A DNA stretch of 64,000 nucleotides from Raja brachyura (GCA_963514005.1 OY740807.1:31000001-31064000); one strand, 5' to 3'; positions 46,135-58,589 are shown, numbered from the stretch's first letter. Numbers and translations: made by a program. Notes: generated from the sequence alone by a model not told the origin.

Positions 46135-46218
46135 TGAGTGAGTGAGTGAGTGAGTGAGTGAGTGAGTGAGTGAGTGAGTGAGTGAGTGAGTGAGTGAGTG
46201 AGTGAGTGAGTGAGTGAG
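46135..46218. repeat. (TGAG)21 tetranucleotide microsatellite
   Basis: Perfect 84-bp array. Confidence 0.95.
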
Positions 46219-46439
46219 AGGATGAGAGTCACAGTGGAAAGGCGAGTGCATTGAGAGGGTGAGGGTCGCAGTGGGAAGGGTTGACCAATGGGTGGGGTTG
46301 AACATCAATGACATCCGACCTCCTATCAGGTTGTGACGTCCTTTGTAATCAAAGAATGAATGAATAAGTTTATGAATGAATAAAGGTTCATGTTATGAAG
46401 ATCCACGCATGATGAATGAATCCTCGACAACAACGAGGG

Positions 46440-46800
46440 CCAGCGTAAACTGAGCGACCATTTCACCAAACATTTATGCTCTCCCCGACAAGACTACCTG
46501 GATCTCCTGGTTGCTTTTTAACTATTTGAACTTCCATTGCCATTTCCATATTGACCTTTCTGTCCACCAAGCCAAAGTGAGGCCAAACGCACACTAGAAC
46601 AGCACCTCATATTCTCAGCTCGATAGCCGATGACCCAGTGACATGAACATTGAGTTCTCCAATTTAAAGTAATATACCTCTACCCTAGTCTCTCGAATAG
46701 GGTAGAGGCTCCCCACCCCCCACGCTCCTCCTTCCCTGTTTGCATGCATTTCCTGCCCAAACCTTGTAACCTTGTTCCTTTCTCCTTTCCCCTCCACCTT
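46440..46800 (+). mobile_element. Decayed PLE GIY-YIG C-terminal fragment
   Basis: RKLSDHFTKHL..DLLVA..HF..DLSV..KRTLEQHLIF..MNIEFSNLK*. Confidence 0.75.
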
Positions 46801-46841
46801 ACACTCACCTGTGAGACTTGTCCATTTCTCTTAAATGCCAA

Positions 46842-46985
46842 AGATAGACACAAAATGCGGAGTAACTCAGCGAGACAGACAGCATCCCTGGACGGAAGGA
46901 ATGGGTGAGGATTCGGGTCAGGTCCCTTCTTCAGACTGAGAGTCAGGGGAGAGGGAGTGATAGAGATATGGAAGGGCAAGGTATA
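46842..46985 (-). mobile_element. PLE pLTR/3' UTR fragment
   Basis: cccttcttcagactgagagtcaggggagaggg. Confidence 0.75.
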
Positions 46986-47295
46986 GAACCTTTTCCCCCT
47001 TCCTCCTTCCACCCATATCCCTCCTATGTCCTCTGGTTCTCCATTCCCTTGCCCTGGGCAAGAGACTCTTTGTGTGTTTAGCCAATCTGTTGATCTGTGA
47101 AGATCAATAAGTAGGTGCAATGGAACAGAACATTCACTTTCATTCACAATCAATTAGCATCCATTCTCAAAGGCACCATCCATTTCAACAGAAGTCCCTT
47201 CACAGATTGAGCAATCCTGTTGTTTCCCAGGGAGGTCATCCAATACTATTCAGGATATTTGTAAATGGCGCATCACAGAGCCAAACTTCAACATT

Positions 47296-47760
47296 CACAC
47301 AAAGATGGAGTAACTCAGCGGGACCGGCAGCATCGCCGGAGAGAAGGAATGGGTGACATTTCGGGTCGAGACCCTACTTCAGACTGGTTAGGGATAAGGG
47401 AAATGAAAGATAAAGATGATGATGTGGAGAGATAAAGAACAATTAATCAAATATAAGCCAAAATGTAACGATGATAAAGGAAACAGGCCATCGTTAGCTG
47501 TTTGTTGGGTGAAAACGAGAAGCTGGTGCGACTTGGGTGGGGGAGGGATAGTAAGAAAGGGAATGCCAGAGAAATCAATCTTTGTACCACTGGGCTGTAA
47601 GCTGCCCAAGCGAAAGATGAGGTGCTCTTCCTCCAATTTATGTGTAGCCTTACTCTGACAATGGAGGAGACCTAGGACAGAAAGGTCTGCGTGGGAATTT
47701 TGAAGGAGAATTAAAGTGTTTCGAACCTGGGAGGTCAGGTGGGTTCAGGCGGACTGACAC
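47296..47760 (-). mobile_element. PLE 3' end with GIY-YIG remnant and pLTR
   Basis: LEEEHLIFRLGSLQPSGTKIDFS; reverse complement ctgaagtagggtctcgacccgaaatgtc. Confidence 0.85.
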
Positions 47761-48209
47761 GTCAGCTTGTTGAAGACAGCTGCACACAAAACGCACAGTT
47801 GCCAAAACTAAGCTGACCCTGGGCTATCATCAACATTTATCACGATCACTGCGTAAAGTCGGGGGCATTTCTCGGAACTGCAGGTCTGCACACTTCCCAA
47901 GCCCGGGTTTCAAGCAAATTTAGCAAGTCCCGCCTTTTAATTAAAAAAACTCCAGCCAATGGTCATCAAATGGAAATCGCAGAAAACATTAGCAGTAAGT
48001 GTTCCCTGGTGAAAATAACATTAAACAGGAGAAATATGCAGCCCAAAGAAACATTTTAAAGTATATTTTGTCGTTACTGATGTACGGTAGCCAACAGTTT
48101 GGTCTTGTAATTCCCACTTTGTTTTGGAGAGAACCACTTACTTAGCGTGTCTTTGGCAGGACTGGTTTATGTGCCTTTTACAATCATCAGCTTAATCAGA
48201 GTAAAGCAA

Positions 48210-48453
48210 TTTCTTTAGCCAGAGGGTGGTGAATCAGTGGAATTTATCACCATGAGAAGGCTGTGGAAGCCAAGTCAATGGATATTTTTAAAATGGAGAT
48301 TGCCAGACTCTTGAATAGTGCAGATGTCAGGGGTTGGGAGGAGATGGCAGGAGAATGGGGTTGAGAGGCAATTAACAGATCAGCCAAGATTGAATGGTGG
48401 AGTAGACTTGATGGGCTGAATGGCCTTAGTCTGCTCCAAGAACTTATGAACAT
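48210..48453 (+). mobile_element. CR1 3' fragment
   Basis: ttctttagccagagggtggtgaatc...gacttgatgggctgaatggcct. Confidence 0.85.
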
Positions 48454-48632
48454 CAGAGCCTACTAAAACCTACAGTTTAATCCGGGGCATGAAACAATAG
48501 TAAAGTTGACAAGAGTCCAAAGGAACGCCCCTGGATGGCCTAATTCTGTTTCTTTAAACTAATGAACGTATGAGATGGGGAGGAAAGGGCAAAGCAAATG
48601 ATCTGAAATTTAAAAGAAGACATCTGTATATT

Positions 48633-48872
48633 TCTAGTTCAGTTTAGAGATACAGCTTGGAAAACGGGCCCTTCGGCCCACCGGGTCAGCGATCTCCGCA
48701 TATTAACACTAGCCTACACACACTAGGGACAATTTTTACATTGACCAAGCCAATTTACCTACAAATCTGTACGTCTGTGGAGCGTGGGAGGAAACCGAAG
48801 ATCTCGGAGAAAACCCACGCGGTCACGGGGAGAACGTACAAACTCCGTATTGACAGCACCCGGGTCCTGGCC
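48633..48872 (-). mobile_element. HE1-like SINE (head truncated)
   Basis: Tail and central domain present. Confidence 0.85.
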
Positions 48873-49326
48873 CTGCCCATTCTCCAATTGTTCTGCAGCT
48901 TAGCGCTTATTTCTCCCATATTGCCTGGTGCACGATTCTTCACACAGAAGAGTGAACTGGCAAACAGTTGCTTCTGTCTGCATTGAGCTGGTCTACCTTG
49001 GCTCCGCTTGGCTGATGCAAACATCATTTCAAGCTCTCTTAATTATTTATTCCAGTGGTTCGATGCTCTGACACGTACTTCAGCTAAATGGTCTCCTTCT
49101 GTGCTGTTACCCATTGAAGATCGGGTCTCTTTTATCTTGACAGTCGCGAGTATCCAAATTATAAAGCAATTAGCACAAAATGCCAGTGGTGAATATCCAG
49201 CAGATACAAGTCGAGTGGCTGCTCATATATTTATGCACATGTTCGTCACTGATATCCTCAGAGAAGGGGAGCATATACCTTTTCCTTATAATTGTCGTGA
49301 AATAGTTTTTGTATTTTTGCCGCACT

Positions 49327-49578
49327 GGGCGGCACAGACCCAGGATCAATCCTGACTACATGCGCTGTCTGTACGGAGTTTGTACATTCTCCCTGTAACT
49401 GCGTGGGTTTTCTCCGGGTGCTCCGGTTTTCTCCCACATTGCACAGGTCTGTAGGTTAATTGGCTTCTGTAAATCGTCCCCAGTGTGTGTAGGATAGAAC
49501 TGGTGTACGGGCGATCACTCGTCAGCGTGGACGAGGTGGGCTGAAGGACCTGTTTCCACGCTGCATCTCTAAATCAAA
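49327..49578 (+). mobile_element. HE1-like SINE (head partly deleted)
   Basis: gggcggcac joined to agacccaggatcaatcctgac. Confidence 0.8.
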
Positions 49579-49779
49579 CCAGACAAAGAGGAACTCATTC
49601 ACAACCTGGATCCGCAGATCAGGGGAAATGGGGCAATGACACAGGATATCAGGGATGCAGTAATCATGACTTTCTACAGAAAAAGTTGAGATCCCTGTCT
49701 TGGTAGCCAGTGGCACTTGGCAGCTTGGTATCTGGATTGGTAGCTGGATCACCAAATGTAATGCCATTGGTAAAAGAAT

Positions 49780-50078
49780 GGGGCTGCACAATGGTGCAGG
49801 GGTGGAGATGCTGCCTTACAGCGCCAGAGACCCGGGTTCGATCCTGGCCACACATGCTGTTTGTGCACATTCTTATTGTGACCGCGTGGGTTTTTTCTCC
49901 TGGTGCTCCAGTTCCTCCCCCTCCCCCCCCCACCACCAAATACTCCAAAGACTTACAGGTTTGTAGGTTAATTGGTTTCTGTAAATTGTAAATTGTCCCT
50001 AGTGTGTAGAATAGTGCTAGTGTAAGGGGTGATAGCTAGTCGATGCGGACTCGGAGGGCTGAGGGGCCTGCTTCCACA
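49780..50078 (+). mobile_element. HE1-like SINE
   Basis: B-box gggttcgatcc; central domain. Confidence 0.85.
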
Positions 50079-50146
50079 GTCAGGATCGAACCCGGGACTC
50101 TGGCCCTGTGAGGCAGCAGCTCTACCAGCTGTGCCACTGTGCCACC
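50079..50146 (-). mobile_element. Inverted HE1 tRNA-head fragment
   Basis: gtcaggatcgaacccggg...gctgtgccactgtgccacc. Confidence 0.8.
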
Positions 50147-50349
50147 TTGGGACCTACTCTAATAGAACGCAGACCAGTAGATACTGGTAGATAGTTAACC
50201 GATTAGATTTAGGGCACAGATTCAGGTATATCATTGGAACACAGGCAAGTGGAATGCAATGGAATTGAAAGGACAATCGCATAAATAATTGCTTTGCCTT
50301 CGACAGGTTACAGGCCGTATGGGTCCTATCCTTAATTGAATACAAGCCT

Positions 50350-50805
50350 TCGACACAGGGTGCTGCATTTTTGTTATTGTAATTTAAGCAAACAAATGAT
50401 TACCCAACACTTTTCATTTGTACTAATTGATCTGTTAATTGATGCTTGCTGAACTTTCTCTATTTCATTGGAATGATTGGATTTGATGCCAAATGTTGAC
50501 ACATCTGTGGGCAAGAGATTGTGGGCCTATAATTACTGTTAATGCTGAATAAATACCAGCTAATTGAAGGTTTCGTTGAATGCTCTATACTGTAAACTGC
50601 TGTATAAAATTAGTTATTTCAACAGTGATCTGTGCACAGAGAGCTAAACAACAATTGATTTTTAAATAGCTAGTTTTAACGCCGCTTCGAAACGCCAGCT
50701 TGTTCAATTTCATCAACGTCAGCAACTGATCCCAATGAAGGCAATGTTTAAGTCATGGCGCTGTGTGTTGGTTGATGATATAATTACTATGATTGCTCTG
50801 GCAGA
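50350..50805. promoter_or_regulatory. Candidate conserved non-coding element or enhancer
   Basis: Repeat-free, AT-rich, dense in TAATT/TGATT/ACAAT motifs; conservation not tested. Confidence 0.3.
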
Positions 50806-51029
50806 GGGGTGGGTAGAGTAGGCTCAGCATCTGGCGTGCAATTTTACTGTGTATTCAGGCCCAAGGAAGCATGGAATTGGGGCGTAGAACAAAAATGTGA
50901 AGCAACAGACAGGAGAAGCTCAGCTTTTTTACACCTGCCCATCAATCTCTGCGACCAAACTCATCAGCTTATTACAATTCCCTCCCTCCCTTCAAACTAA
51001 ATGCTGCAGGCGGATGTTCCCTGGAACTA

Positions 51030-51220
51030 TAGCGTAGGAAGGAACAAAATGCTGGTTTACACCGAAGATAAGGCACAAAATGCTGGAGCAACTCAGCGGG
51101 ATGGACGGCATCTCTGGAGGGAAGGGATGGCTCAGCCTGAAGAAGGGTCTCGACACGGAATGTCACCCAGAGATGCTACCTGCCCCGCTGAGTTACTCCC
51201 AGCATTTTGTGTCTATCTTA
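51030..51220. mobile_element. PLE pLTR fold-back fragment
   Basis: - arm followed by cctgaagaagggtctcgacacggaatgtcacc and the + arm. Confidence 0.75.
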
Positions 51221-51392
51221 CCTGTAATTATGCTGGCAAGGGCAGGTAGCAGTGTGAGGTTTTACAAGAGCAGCTGATTCATTGCCACGTCTCACTAAAT
51301 GGTTGCCCAGAGCCAAGAGTGCGGCTCCAAGTTTTTATATGATGTAATATTGGCAACTTACTCCAAAAAACATGCGGTGAGAAATGGGAGCA

Positions 51393-51510
51393 CGGACCCA
51401 AAACGTCACCTATCCATGTTTTCCAGGGATGCTGCCTGACCTGCTGAATTACTCCAGAACTTTGTGTCCGTTTGTGTATTAACCGGCATCTGAATTTTGT
51501 TTGTTTCTAC
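51393..51510 (+). mobile_element. PLE pLTR fragment
   Basis: gacccaaaacgtcacctatccatg...ttactccag. Confidence 0.7.
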
Positions 51511-51543
51511 ACTAAGACATCCTTAATTTTGCACTCGGGTCCT

Positions 51544-51860
51544 TTTTTAGTTTAGTTTAGAGATACAGCGTGGAAACAGGCCCTTCGGCCCACCGAGTCC
51601 ATGCTGACCTGCGATCCCCGCACACTTGCACCAACCTACACAGAGTAGGGACAATTTTTACATTTATACCGAGCGAATTAACCTACACACCTGTATGTCT
51701 TTGGAGTGTGGGAGGAAACCGAAGATCTCGGATAAAACCCACGCAGGTCACGGCATGGAGAGCGTACAAACTCCGTACAGACATCACCCGTAGTCAGGAT
51801 CGAACCCGGGTCCTTGGCGCTGAAAGGCAGCAGCTCTACTGCTGTGCCGCTGTGCTGCCC
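51544..51860 (-). mobile_element. HE1-like SINE
   Basis: Full length, from the (tttag)n tail to the head. Confidence 0.9.
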
Positions 51861-52292
51861 TTGCATTAAAGACCAACATACCGCTTACCTCCCCAATTAC
51901 CCTTTCCCTTGTCAAATTGGCATTAAATGACTAGAGTTCCCGTTGAAACTCTCACCATTTGCGATCGGTATTTCAGGTGGACCACCTCACACCTTTTCAC
52001 ATTGTAACGCAACCACCAGGTTGTTGGCAAAGCGCTTGGATCACTTTTCTATCTTCAAATTTCTTTGTGCCCTCATCACAACTCATATTCCCACTTTGTG
52101 CTGTGAATATGTATACATGCCGGCTTCATTTAAGCTGCAAATTTTGCGGGATTGACACATTCTAATTTGTCGCAAAGAAATTCCATTTTGCACTCCGATT
52201 TATGTTCTTCTATTTGGATTTGTTTTCGTCAAGTTCCGTCAAACCCTGTGAATCCAGGCCAGAATAAAGATAAGGGCCCTCCCACATACCGT

Positions 52293-52597
52293 GGGCGGCA
52301 TGGTGGCGCAGCGGTAGAGTTGCTGCCTTAAAGCGCTTCGATCCCAACTACGGGTGCTGTCTGTACGGAGTTTGTACGTTCTCCCCGTGGCCCCGTCGGG
52401 GTTTTTCCCGAGATCTTCAGTCTCCCCCCACACTCCAAAGACGTACAGGTTTGTAGGTTAGTTGGCTCGGGTTGTATGCTTGATGTAAGTGTAAGTTGTC
52501 CCTAGTGTGTGTCGGCGTGCGTTAATGTGCGGGGAGCACTAGTTGGTGCGGACTCGGTGGGCCTGTTTCCGTGCTGTATCTCTAAACTAAATCTAAA
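52293..52597 (+). mobile_element. HE1-like SINE
   Basis: gggcggcatggtggcgcagcggtagag; tail ctgtatctctaaac. Confidence 0.88.
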
Positions 52598-53700
52598 ATC
52601 TTTGACTGCTTGCCCTTGCCCCTTGCCCCTGCAAAGGTGATGACGCACATAACATATTCATGCTTTCCCGTAGCCAGCTTTTAAGCCTAGCTTTCTAGAA
52701 GCAGAATTCTTTCCTAAACCATGCAATATTTATCCCATACGAGCCTCCCTGGTCAGAATTAGCCCTGAAGGCTTAATGCAGCTTCAATTTGGGGTTTTTG
52801 GCATTTGAAGTCAGGAATGTTTGTTTATTGGTACCTCCAATGACAATTTGAGAAATTCCAAATAATGGAACCACGTTGGATAAGGCCTTTCATCAAACCT
52901 GGCAGTGCTGCACAAGGGTTATGGTGAGCCTGGAGTGTTATGAGTTCCCTCCATGGGTGCTGTGGCCAACTTTCTGAGTGCCCGCATTGTTTCCCTGCTT
53001 TCGCTTCAAGTATTTATTATTTACACTGCTTTATATTTAGTTCCAGCATTTCAGCGTAATTTATGCATCTCAGTTTATTCCACGTTGACGGTAGACTACA
53101 CCAGCGCAGATGTAACCCACGGATTCCAGCAAGATGGGCAGTGAGGTGGAATGCTGTCAAAAGTCAACATTAAATCATCTGTGCTAATCAAATATACATC
53201 GGACCATGTTTTTCCTTTTTACAAGGGGGAAATAAATGGATGCCAGATTGAGACTATGGAATGGAATGATCAGAACCATTCGAGACTTTGGGCAACATAG
53301 ATACAGTTGAATGTGGAATCAAGGAACTGCAGATGCTGGTTTATACCAAAGATAGACACAAAGTACTGGTGTAACTCAGTGGGTCAGGCAGCCAGCATCT
53401 CTGGAGAAAAAGGATGGGTGACGTTTTGGGTCCAGGACCCTTCTTCAGACTGAAAGTAGGGGGAGGCGAGGTTGAAGAGCTGGAGGCCAGGAAGACCAGG
53501 AGCAATGGAGGCTGGCTACAAGTGACCTCAGGCAGGGCGTTGCCTGGTAGGCCCATTGTTGGCTAGGGAAGGTGTGATCTCTAGAGGAAAACAACGTGGA
53601 GATCAGTGGAACTGATAAAACGACCAGGGTGAAGAAAGGGGGCAAGGAAGGAGGGCAGAGGAGTGTAAGTAGAAGTGACTTAAAATGAGAGAATTTATAC

Positions 53701-54496
53701 CAGGAGTCGGCAACCTTGTTCTGCACAGGGGCCAGGACCCATGTCTGTGAGCAGATGGCGGGCCACATCGATCTCTATAGTATGATACTTGGTGTTGTTT
53801 TTCGCATTAGTTTTCACGTGTTATTCAATTTGTTTTCTGCAGTTCCCAGGTCCCTCGCCTGCCCGTCGCGCCCGGGTCACCTGCGTGCCCCAGGACGAGC
53901 AGCAGTTCCCAGATCAGCTCGCGTACCCCGGGACCGGCCCCAGTTCCCAGGTTGCGAAAACTAATTGAAAAAAAATCCGCCTGTGGCCCGGATGATTTCG
54001 CGATTGAAAAGATTGAAAAGAGTAGGCTTGTATTCACTGGAGTTTAGAAGGATGAGGGGATATCTTATAGAAACATATAAAATTATAAAAGAACTGGACA
54101 AGCTAGATGCAGGAAAAATGTTCCCAATATTGGGCGAGTCCAGAACCAGGGGCCACAATCTTAGAATAAAGGGGAGGCCATTTTAGACTGAGGTGAGAAA
54201 AAACGTTTTCACCCAGAGAGTTGTGAATTTATCGAATTCCCTGCCACAGAGGGCAGTGGAGGCCAAATCACTGGATGGATATAAGAGAGAGTTAGATAGA
54301 GCTCTAGGGGCTAGTGTAATCAAGGGATATGGGGAGAAGGCAGACACGGGTTATTGATTGGGGACGATCAGCCATGATTGCAATGAATGGCAGTGCTGGC
54401 TCGAAGGGCCGAATGGCCTCCTCCTGCACCTATTTTCTAAGTTTCTATGGGTTACGGTCCGGATCCAGCCTGCGGGCCTTAGGTTGCCGACCCCTG
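53701..54496. mobile_element. hAT (Charlie-like) non-autonomous element containing a CR1
   Basis: TIRs caggagtcggcaacct / aggttgccgacccctg (15 of 16 match); 8-bp TSD atttatac / gtttatac. Confidence 0.88.
54008..54449 (+). mobile_element. Young CR1 3' fragment
   Basis: RLKRVGLYSLEFRRMRGYLIETYKIIKELDKLDAGKMFP. Confidence 0.92.
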
Positions 54497-55316
54497 GTTT
54501 ATACCATTGGGTTGTACGATTCTGCATTCTGCAGTGGAGGATGCCCGGGACCGAAAGGTCAGTGTGGGAATGGGAAGGGGAGTTAACATGGTCGGCAACT
54601 GGGAGTTTCCGTAGGCCGAGGCAGACTGAGCGTAAGTCTTCAACAAAACGGTCGCGTCAACAATGACACGTTCAATGTAACTACTTTAATAATGAGAATT
54701 CCAAGATTATTATTCAGGCGACTTAACTAAATTCAATCCCAAGTTCTAGACCAGAGAGGATAATTTCAAAATTGAGTGTCATCATTAAGGTAGTAAAAAT
54801 GTCTCGTCGGAGATGAGAAATTCTTAATGTGGTCCTCTTAAAGAACATAGAAGTCTGTATTAAACAGACAGCTCAGTGATATAAACGGTGATAAAAATAA
54901 CGCATAAAGAACCATATTTCAGACACGGTGCAGTCAGACATTGCCTTGGAAAAGAAATTAATTTAAAACATGAATTAAAGGGAATAGCAAATATCCCCCT
55001 CTGGCTAAAACGTATTAATTACTAAGCTGGCTGAGAGAGTTTGACAATTAACCGTAGCACATGGCAAGAGTCCCAATGGCAACCGTCAGTTCTCCAACTG
55101 CCATCGGCCGCCAAGGGCAGATTGATTGATTGATGACCTTTCTTGCAAGAAGAAGGCAGCAAGGCTGGAGAAGACTTTCTAAAAAGAACTCTCAAACCGA
55201 ACTAGGGCAATGAAGCAAACTTCAAGGTCAAACCAACAGGTCGAACCTTCAATATATGTCTGGGAGACACAGTAACTGGCTTACAATCGTGACTGTTTTA
55301 ATGCAATGCAGCGCTT

Positions 55317-55600
55317 TATAGAGTCATAGAGTGATACAGTGTGGAAACAGGCCCTTCGGCCCAACCTACCCACACTGGCCAACAAGTCCCAGCCACACTA
55401 GTCCCACCTGCCTGTGTTTGGTCCACATCCCTCCAAACTTGTCCTATCCATGCACCTGTCTAACTGTTTCTTAAAGGTTGGGATAGTCCCAGCCTCAACT
55501 TCCTCCCAGCCTACTCAACCCCTGCCAATAGCTCAGACCCTCTAGTCCTGGCAACATCCTTGTAAATCTTCTCTGAACCCTTTCAAGCTTGACAATATCC
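55317..55600 (-). mobile_element. HER1-type LINE 3' end with internal deletion
   Basis: Tail atagagtcatagag..ggaaacaggcccttcggccc joined to the KLERVQRRFTRMLPGLEGLSY region. Confidence 0.8.
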
Positions 55601-55621
55601 CGTGATCGTTGAGATATTGGC

Positions 55622-56118
55622 CTTAATAGTGAAAGGCCGGAATAGAGTGAATGGGGAGAAGATGTCTCCACTAGTGGGGGAGTCCAGGACCAGGGGGCCA
55701 TACCCTCAGAATAAAAGCATGTACCTTCAGAAAGGAGATGAGGTGGAATTTCTTTAGAGGTTGGGAAATTTGTGGAATTCATTGCCACCGAAGGCTGTGG
55801 AGGCAAAGTCACTGGATATTTTTAAGGCAGAGATAGTCTGAAGAAGGGTCTCGACCCAAAACATCACCCATTCCTTCTCTCCAGAGATGCTGCCTGTCCC
55901 GCTGAGTTACTCAAGCTTTTTGTGTCTATATTTGGTTTACAACCAGCATCTGCAGTTCCTTCTTGTATATAGATAGATTCTTGATTAGTACGGGTGTCAG
56001 GGGTTGTGGGGAGAAGGCAGGGGACTGGGTTTGAGAGGGAAAAATAGATCAGCCATGATTGAAAGGCGGAGTAGACTTGGGCAGAATGGCCTAATTCTGC
56101 TCCTAGAACTTATGAACT
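55622..56118 (+). mobile_element. CR1 3' fragment split by a PLE pLTR (55836-55970)
   Basis: agatag duplicated around the insert, which begins tctgaagaagggtctcgaccc. Confidence 0.85.
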
Positions 56119-56299
56119 ACATAAATGTACAGTTTCAGATCAGGCATTAACAACCGTAACTGGGACATGACTTCAAAGGACCGTCCCAGAATGAAAGTCT
56201 GCCTGCAACAGAAAAGCTAATGTAGAACTAAGATTGAGATTCCAGTTTTGATTAACATTTGATTAACTAAGATTTTTAAATGCATTGGAATTAATTGCT

Positions 56300-56492
56300 A
56301 CGGACGTCTGTGGAGGACAAGACATTGGGTATTTTTAAAGCAGAGAGCGATAGGTTCTTGATTAGAAAGGGCATCAAAGGTTCCTGGAAGAAGGCAGAAG
56401 AATGGGGTTGGGGGAAGAATAGATCAGCCATGATTGAATAGCGGAGTAGACTGGGTGGGCTGCCTGGCCTAATTCTATTCCTCCATCTTATA
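56300..56492 (+). mobile_element. CR1 3' fragment
   Basis: atagatcagccatgattgaatagcggagtagac. Confidence 0.8.
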
Positions 56493-56493
56493 A

Positions 56494-56790
56494 GGGGCGG
56501 CACGGTGGCGCAGCAGTAGAGTTGCTGCCTTACAGCGCCGGAGACCCGGGTTCGATCCCAACTATGAGTGCTGTCTGTACGGAGTTCGCACGTTCCCCCC
56601 CCCCCCCGTGACCTGCGTGGGTTTTTTCCGAGATCTTCTTCCCACACTCCAAAGACGCACGGATTTGTAGGTTAATTGGCTTGGTAAATGTAAAAATTGA
56701 CCCCAGTGTGTGTAGGATAGTGTTAATGTGCGGGGATCGCTGGTCGGTGCGGGCCGAAGGGCCTGTGTCTCTAAACAAAATTAAACTAAA
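56494..56790 (+). mobile_element. HE1-like SINE with poly-C expansion
   Basis: Intact A/B boxes; C-run at 56595-56607. Confidence 0.9.
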
Positions 56791-57987
56791 CCTCTCTCAA
56801 GTTCCTAATTTGAAATATTTTGGACACAGTGATATAAAAAGAATAAAAAAGGTAATTTTAGAAAATGGGGATGAGCACCATAATAGTGATGAATGTTACC
56901 GAATTAGATCTACTGGAAACATTGTAAGGCAGAATCAAGGTTAACACAAACTGTGATCCTTTCTCCTCCACTCATGCATTTTAAAATGAGAATGTCACAA
57001 TATTTCATACAACTTTGAATGGAAATCACAGATATAATGGCAGTCGAGTATAAACATCTTTAAAGAAGAAAACAGCACGCAAGAAAATATTCCTCTCGTT
57101 TGCAAGTTTAAATACACTCGGCATCTGACACCAAAGCACATCACATACACTGTTGGTTCATGCACCTGCCCTTGAAGCAGCTATTCAGATAATGTCTTCC
57201 CCAAAAGACCCCTTTCAGGAAGGGATTTCTTCGATGCTTAGTCGAGTGAATGCAAATTCCCCAGAACAAAACAGTCCCTGCGCATTTATTAATCTCCTCA
57301 CCCCCTCCCCTCACTATCCCTTCCCAATAAAAATACCAAGTGCCCAAGACACCGACACCTCCATTAACATTTATCTCTTGTCACTCGTGCTGGCAACACA
57401 AATTAACATATGGCAACGAGAGAACACTCCAGAGGAGAGAAAATTGGGTTATTTTCATGGAAATGAGGGCAGAGGGAAATAGACCAAAGAGCTATTTGTG
57501 TTGTGTATCCTGGCAATGTTTTTAGATATATAAACAAAAAAGCTGCTGTTGATTTAAGGCTCCACAAAGAAACCTTAATCCTATCACAGGAACAAAATCA
57601 CCTCAAAAAGTTGCAAGCAGATAAAGAACCTCTGTCAAGCTTGGCCATTCACAACTAAATGGATGGCACAAATCAAACTGTACGAGTTAACAAAGATGAG
57701 AATGTGGGAAATACATTCAAATCCAGAAAGAAAGCCCGGGCAAGAGTAAAGGGCCTTTTGTTAATCAATCATCCTTTGCTTCGACAACCAAGTGAGCCTT
57801 TCTCCCTGGTTACCGGCAGTGAATTAGGAATGTTGATTCACTGGTCGCCCTCTTTCATGCTGGATGCAAACCAAAATGGGATACTCAAAAAGCTAAAAGC
57901 TTTTCGCTGCAATTAGCAACTTAAAAAGTGCCACTTTGCATGCGGCTCAGGGTCAGGGGGCCTGTACAGGAGACAACCAGGGAGAGG

Positions 57988-58160
57988 GCGGACACAAAAT
58001 GGTGGAGTAATGGAGGGGGGGGGGGGGGGGGGTTAGGCAGCTCTCTGGAGAGAAGGAACGGGTGACGTTACGAGTCCAGACCCAACCTAAAACTTCTCTC
58101 CAGAGATGCTACCTGTCCCCCCCACTGAGTTTCTCCAGCATTTTGTCTCTCATCTTCAGT
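57988..58160. mobile_element. PLE pLTR fold-back with poly-G
   Basis: gacacaaaatggtggagtaa(G)n...ctccagagatgctacc...tttctccagcattttgtc. Confidence 0.7.
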
Positions 58161-58589
58161 GGAGACGGTGGGATGCGTCCTACCTTTGCTCGTGGTCGTA
58201 TTGAAAAGTTTCTCCGAAGTAGCATCCGAAACCTGGAGCAGAACAGAGAGAAAAAAAAGGGAAAAATTAAGATGGTGATCTTTTTTAAAAACATTGAAGC
58301 ATTTACCAGTTTAGAGAAAAACGTAAGAATATTTTAATGCAGTTACTTTAACTCTCCACAAGATAGAGCCAGAGCATTTGTTTAAAAACTCTATTTTGCA
58401 GACCATTTATTTCAAGAACGTGCACTTAAAACCAATGTCCAAACATGGAGCGTAAAAATATAATGTTATATTTTGGTTTAACTAATGACTCAGCTGCTTC
58501 TGAGTCTGTTTATCAGCCTTCTGAACAGTCCTTCCATAAGTTTGCACGCTCTCCAATTCTCATTATGGACATTGCATTCTGTCTCTGGG

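Larger units (their letters stand above)
53320..54655 (-). mobile_element. PLE 3' end interrupted by a hAT element
   Basis: pLTR 53320-53455; reverse complement of 54525-54655 encodes DRFVEDLRSV...LPVADHVNSPSHSHTDLSV. Confidence 0.8.

Noticed and set aside
46063-46314. ORF with THSL repeats
   Set aside because: Translation of the (TGAG)n microsatellite
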